Shown one piece after another: positions 16,165-27,147 of a stretch of DNA of 64,000 nt. How positions within the stretch are numbered: position 1 is the stretch's first letter; every line of letters starts with the position of its first letter. The notes beneath the pieces are model-generated. The model did no database searches and had not been told where the DNA came from. It saw nothing but the letters and a program-made list of their open reading frames with translations. Both the position numbers and the translations under genes were made by a program. Source of the DNA: Geosiphon pyriformis uo1 (lineage: Eukaryota; Fungi; Glomeromycota); the NCBI GenBank assembly GCA_016748015.1, contig JAAOMT010000512.1, positions 398,180 to 462,179 on the forward strand. The letters are read 5' to 3'.

Positions 16165-18100
16165 AAGCAATTTTCTCAATTCTTTAAAACAAACAATGAG
16201 GCCAAGATAGTTAAACTCTGATTGGTATTCTCAAAAAGATCATGAAGCTAAAATTATTTTGTACATAGCATCATCTCGAAATACCCATCTTTAGATTAAT
16301 TTTTGAAAAATTACTGATTACAGCATAGCGTCTCTTTACCTTGCTTGAATACTTAATAGGAGGTTCAAATATTTGGAAAATTAACAAAAAAAAGAAAAAT
16401 ATTTCTTTGAATCTCGAATTTTAATCAATGTCATCATACTCAATATGTAGCCTCCTGGATAACAAATTTGAATACGGAAACGAATAATTCCAAGAAGAGA
16501 ATTGGCAAATGAAAGATATTGCTTCATGATGAATTTTCAGTAATCCCAACCCACCATTCAGTTAACTTCTCGTTTTATCATTGGAATTTGATTGAGCAAA
16601 AAATTTTGTTTCTACATATTAATCTTCTAATGTAAATGATTCTCCCTCTTGTAATTAAGGTGTATATAATTATCCACTTTTGGATCAAATACCAGGGAAG
16701 TGTTTATCAAATGATTTTAAGTAATTTCCCATTCATTTTTTCTTTTTCTTCTTTGTCCTAATCGGTATATTTTTTGGATCAATTCCTCTGACGTAATGAT
16801 GTCTCCATCCAAGAATCCATCTAATCAGAAATTTCCAATTTTAATCAATATATATGCAAATTTTATTTCAAATATATTTGCCAGGATTTTTATTAAAGAA
16901 ATTTCCAAATTTTGACTCAGAATAAATTGATGAGATATGCAAAGAAAAATGAAATTAAGTGAAAACATTACTTGCGCTGTCTTGTAGGTATTGCCAGTTC
17001 GTCTCTCATTTGTTCACTAGTGACAATAAAAAGATGTTCCCAACTCTAAAATCCAATTGGAATACATTATTAAGCAGAAATTATATTAAACACGAAAAAC
17101 TTTTTATTTGTTTGCTAACCTGGAATTTGTCGGCAAGCTCTCCACACCCACGCCCACAACGCTGAAGGAAAATTTTATGATCTGTGATTACGCCTAAAAA
17201 TCAATTATGTCAATTTTTATCATGATAAAAACATGGATATTTTGCGTTTTGAAAGTTAATATAACTTTTAACCTCTTGGCGGGGGGACAAATTGATATAT
17301 CTTTGATGCAAATCTTCTCACATTCAAGCGCCAACTTGGCCCAAGAGATGATGTAGACCAGACTGGGATGAGACCTCTCAGGCCAGCTGCTGCAGGCAGT
17401 CCTAGCATGTGAATTTTTAAAAGTTTTAAAGAATGGACAAATAAAAAAGTTTATGGAATTCTCAAAATTTCATATTTATACTTTTCTTCATAATAGATAA
17501 TCATTGTATCACTTACATATCTGATCATCTGCAACATGATTTCTTGAAAATAGAGGTTAACAAATTTCACAAATCAAAATATTCATATTGTACCCTCGAA
17601 TTATTCAGAAGGAATGATGTAAAAAAAAGTTTCATTTATTGCTATTTGTTATACAACTTCAATTTTTTATTTGAATTGATTGATATTTTCATTTATAAGT
17701 TATTGAGAAATTTTAATTTAAAACTTTAGGATTTTTTTCTTTTTGATGCCAGAATTTTTAAATACCAAAAATCTCAAGTCGAGTTGTGTTGCAATGAATT
17801 TTTGACCTTTTGACAAAGTCAGCAGCCTGAGGGATAAATATTTATTTAAGCCCTATATACCTGTAACAATAATGAATGCACTTTCATTATTGGGCGCGTG
17901 CCACACACACCTTAATTATAATTTTTAGCCGCAATTACATCATCACGATAATCATCTTTTTGTCACACCAGCTGACCGTTTTGTGTATTTTAACACAACA
18001 ATATAGAGTGGAGAATGTAACTCTCTCCTTTTTGTTTTCCACTTTATTTCGTTTGTTATAACTTTTGGATCTTGAATACTTAAAAGAATCCTCTGATAAT

Positions 18101-18710
18101 ATGACTATGCTAAAGCAACTTCTAGTTATCTCCTTTTGTATATTGGCGTTCTCATATGCGTTCACTGTAAAAGTGGATCTCTTTGAGAATGAACGAAAGC
18201 AAAATTTCCTTTCGAAGCTTTTCTCTGATGAATATACTACACAACAAACTATAAGTGACTGTGGCAGTGATAAAGACATTCTTCAAATAGAATACATTCA
18301 TCTCTCACCCGACCCACCACGCAAGGGTAGAGAGCTCGCGATTGACGCCGCCGGCTACTTGCAAGATAAGGTTGAAAAGGGTAGTTATGTGGATATCACG
18401 GTAAAGTTAGGATTGATCCGATTGTTGCAGCAAAAAATGGACTTGTGTGACGAGTTAAATAAGGTAGAAAAGAATTGTCCATTGGAGGCTGGAAACCAGA
18501 CTTTGCAAACTGTGGTGGAGTTGCCTAAAGAAATTCCTCCGGTATGTTTTTCTCACCAATATTTCTGGGTATTTTGACAAAAGATTCGACCTCCTTTTAA
18601 TAAAATCATTGTAATTATAGGGCAAATACTCTGTAGATGCCTTCGCCTACACCCCAGATCGTCGTAGAATTGCATGTCTTAAAGCTGTTGTTATCTTCAA
18701 GCTTCAATGA
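18101..18710 (+). CDS. NPC2: ML-domain lipid/sterol transfer protein (NPC2 / PG-PI transfer protein), 2 exons 18101-18541 and 18621-18710
   Basis: Signal peptide MTMLKQLLVISFCILAFSYA; ISDCG..DILQIEYIHLSPDPPRKG; VKLGLIRLL..DLC..CPL..LPKEIPP|GKYSVDAFAYTPDRRRIACLKA; gtatgt..tag intron restores the frame. Start could be 18107. Confidence 0.92.
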
Positions 18711-21339
18711 GTTGTGACACTTGAACATATTTTATTTTATTTTATATAAAATAGTGGTTTATCATGGCATTTCTCTTTGAGAATTCTACACGGTATAGAT
18801 TTCGGTAGTTTGTTTTTTCGCTTGTGAATAATTAAGATCCCAACAATCGATTTGTATTTTATACCAAAGTGAAGAATATCTCACTGTTACCTATCATTTA
18901 AAAAACTTTTTAGAATTTTTATTATATCTAAATTGAAAAGCACCTTGTTTTACAAGTACAAATTTGACATGACTTTTTTTAGCTAACATATATCTATTTC
19001 TTAAGTCTTGGGTAATCTTACTAGAACATAATTACAAATCTCATAATTCTTATTTGAATTTATGAGATATTATATTGATGATTGTACAAGTAAAGATTTT
19101 TTATCTTGAAAATTTTCTTTGCTTTTCGACTATGTTTGTAAATTTAAGAATTATGTAAAAATAAAATATAATTTAAAAATCAATAATTGAACATATTTAT
19201 AAAAATATTTTTATTTAAAACCAATTTTAATGTTGTTTTTATTATTAACAAAAGTTTTAGAACTTTTAACAATAAATTGTATTATTTTTTTTATTATTAC
19301 TATTTTTTAAATGGCCAGAAAAAATAAATAGCCAAAAAACAATTATTAATATTAACAATTGTAATAAAAACTAATTTTTTAAATTTTAAAAGATTTGGAA
19401 TTTTTTAAACAGATATGTAAAAAAAAAACTTTTTTTTTTGTTTTTATAACTATACTTAAAGCAAAAAATAAAATAGTTGTAATTACTAGTTTTAGTATTT
19501 AAAAAGCTTTTTAAAGTAAAAACAACTAGACAATATTTTTTTAAAATGTTTTTTTAAGTAATATAAAATAAAAACCAGTTTTAATAATAATATTATTATT
19601 ATAAAAAGGGTTAAAATTTTTAATAGCAAATTAATAGTAAAGTTATTCTTTTTTTTACAATTTTTTTTATATATTGCTTAAATAACCAAAAAAACAAAGT
19701 AATAATCTTTTTTTTTTATTTTATTTAAAACAATCAAGTTTTTAGAATATTATTTTTCTTTTGAAATTTGTTTTTTTTTTATAAAAAATAAAATATTAGC
19801 TTTATTTGGTTTTATTGATATTTATACTAATTTTATAATAACTATACTAATTATAATATTTAATTTAAATTTGGTTATAAATAATAATTTTTTTATTTAA
19901 ATAATATATATCTGTTAAAGCCAATTTTAATTAATATATAATTGAATTATTTAATATATTGAATTTTAATTGATTTTTACCAGTTTTAAAAGTTAAACAA
20001 ATTATATTTTTATATATAATTTTAAATAATTAACTTATTAAATTATTTAATCTTAAAAATTAAATTGATTAAATAAAAATTAAAGTATTTTTTCTTTTCT
20101 GTTTTTTGAGAATATTGTTTTTAATAATATTTAAAAAACTTTTATTTTAATATTTAATAAAATTGTAAAAATTAAAATAGTTTATAATAAAACTATATTT
20201 TAGTTGTTGTATAATTTTTTTGAATTAAAATTAATTATTAAAAACAATATTATTATTTAAGTCAAACTTGTTAAATTACTTTTTTTTAACTTTTAAAATT
20301 GTTAATATTTTTTGGTAAAATTTTTTTAATATTAAATTAAAATCTGTTAAATAATAATAATATAATATTATTTATTTTTAAGTTATATATATTTTAGATA
20401 TAGTTTTGATTTATTAGTTAAATTTTATTAAAAAAAAGTTGTATTTAATAAAAAAACTTTTAAATATTAATATTATTTTAAGTATTAAAATTTATACTAT
20501 TTGGTTTCTAATTACAAAATAGTTTAATTTTTTCTTTAATATTTTCTTTTAAGTCTATTATTAATACCAAAATTTTTGAATTTTGTTTTATTAAAACAAA
20601 TTTTTATGTTAAAACTGCTGTTTTTTTGGGTTTTTATTTGTTATTAATATTTTTAATGCTTTTAATTGGGTTTTTAAAATTTAAACCAATTAAATTAATT
20701 TACTAATTAGATTTATTATTAAATCTATTAGTTTTAATTTTTTTAATTATAAAATTGGTTAATATATTTTTTTTAACTGTTAAAATAAAGAAAAAAATTT
20801 TTGTAATTAAAAAAATATTATTATTATTTTTGGAAAAGTTGTTGATAATTTAAATAAAAAAATTATAAAATATAATATATAAATAATTTGTTTAATAATA
20901 ATATATTGAATAATAATCCAAGTTTTTTTATTAATAAAAAAAATCTTGCTAAGATAATAGTACTTTGAAAACTGTAAGCTTTTAATATTAAATTTAATAA
21001 AAATAAAACTGCTATATGATTAGCTAATTTGGTTTTTGGTAATAATAATTCTGGTTGCTATTATAAAAAAAATGATTTTTTTAAATTAATTTTTTTTAAT
21101 AAATTTAATATAATTTAATCTTAATTAGATTTGTGTTTAGTTATATATAAAAAGTATATGAATTATATATTTATTTTTATACACTATGTTATTATATAAT
21201 AATAAATAATAATAATAAAGTTATTTTTGTTAAAAAAAATTAGAATTAATATTATAAAATTAAATGATAATTTTTTTTAATACAGTTAAAAATTAAAAAA
21301 TTATTAAAAATTATTAGAAATTATTTTTAAATAAATTGT

Positions 21340-21379
21340 TCGTATTGTAATACGTAGCGGTTGGGCTGCACTCGTTAAA
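21340..21379 (+). mobile_element. 40-bp extremely 5'-truncated LINE insertion with 12-bp target-site duplication
   Basis: tcgtattgtaatacgtagcggttgggctgcactcgttaaa is flanked by identical taaataaattgt (21328-21339 and 21380-21391), retains 4 CpG and aligns without gaps to the LINE 3' terminus at 2023-2065. Confidence 0.8.
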
Positions 21380-21590
21380 TAAATAAATTGTGTTTTTTTA
21401 ATGGTTAATATCTTTTTAAAATTAAATAAAATTATGTAAAAATTGTATTTTAATTATTTTTTTATTTTATTTTATTTATTTAAAAATATATTTAAATTAT
21501 TAAATTTTTTATAATAATAAAAATCTTTTTTTGTTATTATATATTTTATATATATAAAAAATCTTTTTGCAAAGTTTGGTAAAATTATTG

Positions 21591-21668
21591 TTAAATTAAA
21601 ACCGATTAATTTGTAAAAATATTTTATTATTAAATTAAAACCGATTAATTTGTAAACATATTTTACTA
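21591..21668. repeat. Tandem duplication of a 39-bp unit
   Basis: ttaaattaaaaccgattaatttgtaaa(a/c)atatttta(t/c)ta occurs twice with 2 mismatches. Confidence 0.85.
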
Positions 21669-22937
21669 TTTATTTTAAAAATTTAATTTTGGTTAATATT
21701 GATTTAAAAAACAGTTTAAAAACAAAATTAAATACTTTTTTTTAAATATACAAATTTTAAATTTAGTAATATAATTAATTAAATTAATAATTAAATTTAT
21801 TTTATTTTTATTCATACTAAAAATATGTAATTGTATTTTTTTTAAAACAAAAAATGCTTTTAATTTTATTATTATTATTATTATAAGTATTAAAATTATT
21901 TGATTTTAGTTTAAAAAATTGTTTATTTTTTTTGGTTTTAAAAAATAGTTGTAAAAGCATTTAATCCTTAAAATGTAATAATTTTCAAAAATTAGTTGTT
22001 TTAGTTTTATATATTCAAATTAATAGTTAATTTGATATGTTATTTTGTTGTTACTTTTATTAAATTTTATTAAATATATTGAATTTTGTTTTAAAATATA
22101 ACAAAGAAATTAAAAAGTTTGGTATAATAAGTACATTTTTTTAATAAAAATTGTAATAATTATATGACAAAACCATGTACTTATTTGTAATACTTTAATA
22201 AAATATAGTTTTGATTGGCTTAAGTGGTTAAACACATATAAATAGTACATAATTCAAGTTCTTTAATATTAAAAATTCAATTAATTAATTATTTGATTAT
22301 TTATTTAAAAATACAAAAAGTTTCAAAAACCAAAAATAAGTTGTGATATATTATTATTATTATTATTATTATTGTTGTTGTTGTTGTTATTTATTATGGT
22401 CGTCAAAAAAAAACTCGGGTGGCTGGTCAAATGTAGAAAGCATATGAGCTGTGTTTACTAAAGAACATTTATTGTTGTATGTTAGTAAATAGCTAATTCA
22501 ATAAAACATTCTAGATAATATTTTAATTTATTTCAAATTTACTTTGTTTACACATATATGTAAAAAGTAATCCTTATATATATATATATATAATATGATT
22601 TTAATTAAGAAAAAGACAAAGAAAAAAAAAATCTTTAATTTTAGATAGAATGAGAAACACAGGGGATTAATCAATCCATTTTCGAAGAATCGAAGTATCC
22701 ATCCATCCATTATAAGACTTATTATAAAGTAAAAAAATTTTTTTTTTTAATTCATTTCACAATATGATTAAATATATTAAAACTATTGACAAATATTGAT
22801 TATTTAGTCACAAATCCAATAAATATTAATTTTATTTGTCTATAATATTTTTACCGTTCTTTTTATTACCAATTTTATAGTTTTTCCAAGGTCTTTTTTT
22901 GTTTTTCCAATTATTTTGATAAATGATTGCAGTTTCA

Positions 22938-22982
<45 letters not shown>

Positions 22983-24181
22983 TTTTTGATAGGAAAATTT
23001 TGATGTTACAAATTTAAAGATTCAATTCAATATGAGTTGGAAAAAAAAAAGAAAATAGAAAAAGGACTTTGGGTATTTTAATTAAAAAGCTTTTTTATTA
23101 GTATTAAAGTTCAAAAACTAACCTTATTTTCTTAATTATCAATGGGAATGTACAAATTTAAAAGAACTTATTTTTACCGTAGTATTTGTATTCAATTTCA
23201 ATGATTTTTGAATTTGAAAATTACTTTTCCGATACCCAAACATATTTGTTTATTTTTATTTTTACACATTAAAAATCTTCAAGAATAGATTTTCTTTTTA
23301 ATTCGATCGAACACGGAAAATTTTCAGAAACTTGATCTAAAATTTTGTCGAACCAATAAAATTGTTTAAACTTAAATTTTCGAGGTTTACTCGTTGTAAA
23401 CATAATACTATTCAATTTTTTGTTGGGAACGTTCATTTGACTTTATGAAAAGAAGTCCGAAGATTTGGAAGGTTATTATTAAAAAAAAAGATTTTTTCAG
23501 ATAAGATGTAGTAAAAAAAAAAAAAAAAAAAAAATTTTAATAGAAAAGTTGAGATTTTCAACAAATGGATGAAACCTTTTTATCTGAATGAAATAATTTC
23601 GGAATTAAATGTTATACAGCATAATTTATCACTGTTTCCTCAAAAAGGAGAATGTCGTGATACATTAATTATATTAATGGATTAATTTTCATATCCGACG
23701 GTTCTGAGAAGATATTTGAAAAGGTTATCATTAAAACTGTGGTCACTTTTATATTTAGGTTTATGATCGAAACAAGATTATTATGCATTCAATATTCACC
23801 CTTACATTAATAAGGAATTTCGAATTCGAAATAATTTACCAATTCTGGCCAAAAAGAAAATCCTTATTCGTTATTTCTTTCTTTTTATCAAATGTTCAAT
23901 GATTAAGTTTGTATCAAAAGAAATGAAACCTGTAACCAATCATATCTCAGAACATTCAACTTTTTCGGAGAAAATATTTCGAAATTTAAAATTTTGGGTA
24001 ACTCTCTACTTTTCTCCTGTTTTCCGGGTGAAGAAACTATGGCTGCCATACGTGTTGCTGCTGCTATCAATAATTAAAACGCGATGTTGAAAGTACAAAT
24101 TGAAGGAATATAATTAATACCGTGATACCAGTATCAATTAAAGACATCATACAAATTCAAAAAGATTCATTTTAAATCATG

Positions 24182-24189
24182 TATATAAA
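24182..24189 (+). promoter_or_regulatory. Candidate TATA box of the four-TM protein gene
   Basis: TATATAAA about 255 bp upstream of ATG 24439, followed by a (CAC)n and pyrimidine-rich leader. Positional inference only. Confidence 0.4.
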
Positions 24190-24438
24190 GGTGGGAACCT
24201 AGCAAAAGTTTAATTAACCCATCACCACCACCACCACCACCACCACCACCACTCCTACTACCACTACCGCTCTCTCTTTATCTTACCCTTTTTCCTTTAA
24301 CAGACCGCCTTATAACTCACGGCCACAAACCTATTTCATTTTTTTATCTGAACTTTCTTTTTATTGGAAAGATATCAACAAAAGTTATTCTTTTAAAAGC
24401 ACATATACATCTTCCCGAAAAGCATTATCTCAGTCAAA

Positions 24439-25277
24439 ATGGTTAACATCCCACGTGTTCCTTTATTCTGGTATGTGGCTATTACAAAGTTCAAAATCCT
24501 TTTTACCTTCTTCTTAATTGCTTATTCTTTTTCTATGTTCACCTTTATCGCATTCTTTTAGCTTCTTCGCCCCTCTCCGAATTGGTGCTTTTATTGTTGC
24601 TCTATGGATGTTTGCATGGAATGCCTTCACTGGCTTTTCAGTAATGTTTACAAGTTATGGTGGTATGTGTCAAAATTTTAAAACTTCTCTATTCATGATT
24701 TCGTTTAAAGTAGTTCTTAATCTCATAACTTTAAAATTTCCTTTTCAGGTTCCATCGGTTTCCTCTGGAAGGGAATGGGTGTTGCTTACATAGCGGTAGC
24801 TGCTGCTTCCATTTTTGGTGCACATGCTATCTACCATGAAATTCCAGCAAGAGTTGCCTTATTCGTAAAAATTTTCGTCGCAAACATCATCTTCTACTTT
24901 GTCGCTAGTGTTTCTTTCGTTGTTGCCGTCAGTTTAATTGTTTCATCAGAACATAATAAAGCCGTCAAAGCTTGTGAGGCTGCTCAAGTAAACTTGGACA
25001 GTAAGATTAATTGTAACATTGGTTATGTTGGGTATCCAATCTTTGGTTGGTTAGTTCCTTTCATGATCGGTATTCTCTTTCAGGTATTTTTTATGACATA
25101 TAAATTAATTACTGCTAAAATGATATTATTTGAACAATTATTAACAAGTTTATTTCTTTATTTTTATTTCAAATTGTACAGGTTTACTTCGCCATCTGCA
25201 TCCGTTCCTACAGCTTGGAATTACAAGAACGCGAGAACGACAAGAGCCCAAATTACAAAAATGAAATGACCGCATAA
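24439..25277 (+). CDS. Uncharacterised four-transmembrane protein (4 exons)
   Basis: Spliced model MVNIPRVPLF/CFFAPLRIGAFIVALWMFAWNAFTGFSVMFTSYG/GSIGFLWKGMGVAYIAVAAASIFGAHA..IIFYFVASVSFVVAVSLIV..C..C..GWLVPFMIGILFQ/VYFAICIRSYSLELQERE..MTA*. Three GT-AG introns keep the frame; four hydrophobic segments with a Cys pair in the TM3-TM4 loop. Confidence 0.8.
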
Positions 25278-27147
25278 ATCAGGAAGAAACCTTAATTTAA
25301 CTTTTCTCACTCACCCCAAACAAATAACATTTTGCTAAGTGTATAAATATAACATGTGAATATAGATGTGAGTTTTACACTAAATTTCAAAACTATGTCG
25401 TTTCCCTAATTCATGAAATTCGAGAATTGAGCCTAGAGCCTGAAGAATTATAGCTCTGCTTCCTACTATTACTTTATCATACCCTTTTCAAATTTTACTT
25501 AAAAAAAGGGTTTTGATGACTATTTAATTAGTATAAGAAGCAATTTTCCAAAACTCTATGGTTTTATTTCTCAATTTCTCGTTTGTGCGTCTGTGATAAT
25601 TATAGTATATTTTCATGTATTATTTTTCTTCGGCGGGTCTGATCTTTATATTTGTATTTTTAGTGTTCAAATTTTGGATATAATTTTATTCAATTATAAT
25701 AACAATATTAAATGTTGGTTTATTCAATATCAATTTTTTTAATATCTTGATACGAGAATTTTGAATTTGAAATCTCTCGTTTTTGTATCAATTAGGGAAT
25801 TTACGCTACACTGATAGTTAAAGCTGAAATAATTTTTTTTGTTAAACAATAAAACTGAGTAGTTAAATTTAAAAAATTGATATTTTCAATTATTTTTAAG
25901 AGTTCTAACTAAAAATTTTAATGCAATAGTTTTTGGAAACTTTTTTCCGTAGTTTGGCTTGGAAAATTGTTGAAATTTTTTGAAAATAAAGAAAAAACCT
26001 TTTGAGAAATTTCTTTTTTAATAGGTTATTTATGAGATTTTACTTTTTGTTCGAGAGCAATTATTGTAAAAAAAATTTCAATCAGTTATTAAATTTCCAA
26101 GGTTCAATCTTGAAAAATATCTAGTAAAAATTGAACTTTTCTCCGCTAAGATCTGCTTTGGGAAAACATGTGACAGCTTATGCGTTTTATGCTTTTGATT
26201 CAAAGTCTCTGGACAGGGGAGCTGGACACTATGAATTCTGTAGATTAAAATTTTTCAATGTTTCGCCACACTAAATTCAGAAATTCTGTGGCTCATGATA
26301 GGATTAATGATGGAAGGGATTCATTAACAATTCAATTAGAAATTGGAAAAATCGACTAATTCTTCAAATTTTCATTTCTACTACCTAGAATTTGTCCCAC
26401 AAGACTTTTTTGTGGGAGGAAGGGGGAGGGAGTGCCTAAAACGGTTATATTTCTCGCTACTGAAACCAAGTTTATTCATTAACAAATATACCCTCTAATC
26501 AAAAGAATACGAAACTAACTGGAATGTTAACAAAAAACGAGTTTTGCATAGTGATAATCAAAGTTTGGTAATTTCGAGTTTCCCCAATTTGGATCCTATT
26601 AAAGTATTATGCAGTAGCGCCCCGACCTATGTCATCACATCCAAACAGGTTGGAAAGATCCGGAGGATCGGAGTAACCAAAAATATTATAGTCATTTTAA
26701 TTTTAGATTGTTAATAAAATATCTTTATAATTGTTATATATACATATATTGAATTCCATTATTTCTTATACATCATCTCCCTACTCTAATACTTAACAAT
26801 TGGGCAGAAGTCTGAGAAAATAAGGCTTGGCCAAACAAGCCTTCTTCCCACAGGAGGCGCAGTGTGAATTTGTACTTGTCGAGATGGTAAGACAGCATGA
26901 TAATGGGCCGGGGAATTGGCCCAAGCCGACAAAATTCTTATATTTTCAATAGGATCTGTTAAATTATATAAGAATGATTTCTAGAGATATTCAAAATTCA
27001 CGAGTTGTAACTTGTCATTTTTTACTCTTTCTTACTGTTTTTCAATTATTGCTTTTTGGGTGTGAAATTTTGTAACAAATTATTCTCTCGAGTTTTGTAA
27101 ATCATTCTAAAGATTGTGTGTGTGTGTGTATGTGTGTATGACCAATC

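Larger units (their letters stand above)
19140..22330. mobile_element. AT-rich block of heavily mutated, unclassified repeats; ~19700-21180 is an inverted homologue of ~45080-46560
   Basis: About 10% GC, CpG nearly absent. The reverse complement of 19981-20139 (tattattaaaaacaatatt..tttaatttttatttaat..taataagttaatta..tttaaaactg) aligns collinearly with ~46160-46310; flanking segments also correspond. Confidence 0.6.

Noticed and set aside
15559-16210. Overlapping ORFs with poly-M, poly-I and SLSL tracts
   Set aside because: Alternative frames and antisense of the F-box gene and its microsatellite.
16420-16720. Semi-open reading stretch downstream of the F-box gene
   Set aside because: Interrupted by stops with no recognisable family; insufficient support even for a pseudogene call.
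17340-17410. TPP riboswitch or hammerhead ribozyme (CTGAGA on the minus strand)
   Set aside because: The downstream TPP core (CUGAUC..UAAU..GCG.AGG) and the hammerhead CUGAUGA/GAAA core are missing; the neighbours are not thiamine genes.
22450-22470. tttactaaaga resembling U5 snRNA loop I
   Set aside because: Lacks the invariant GCCUUUUAC, the surrounding stem and an Sm site.
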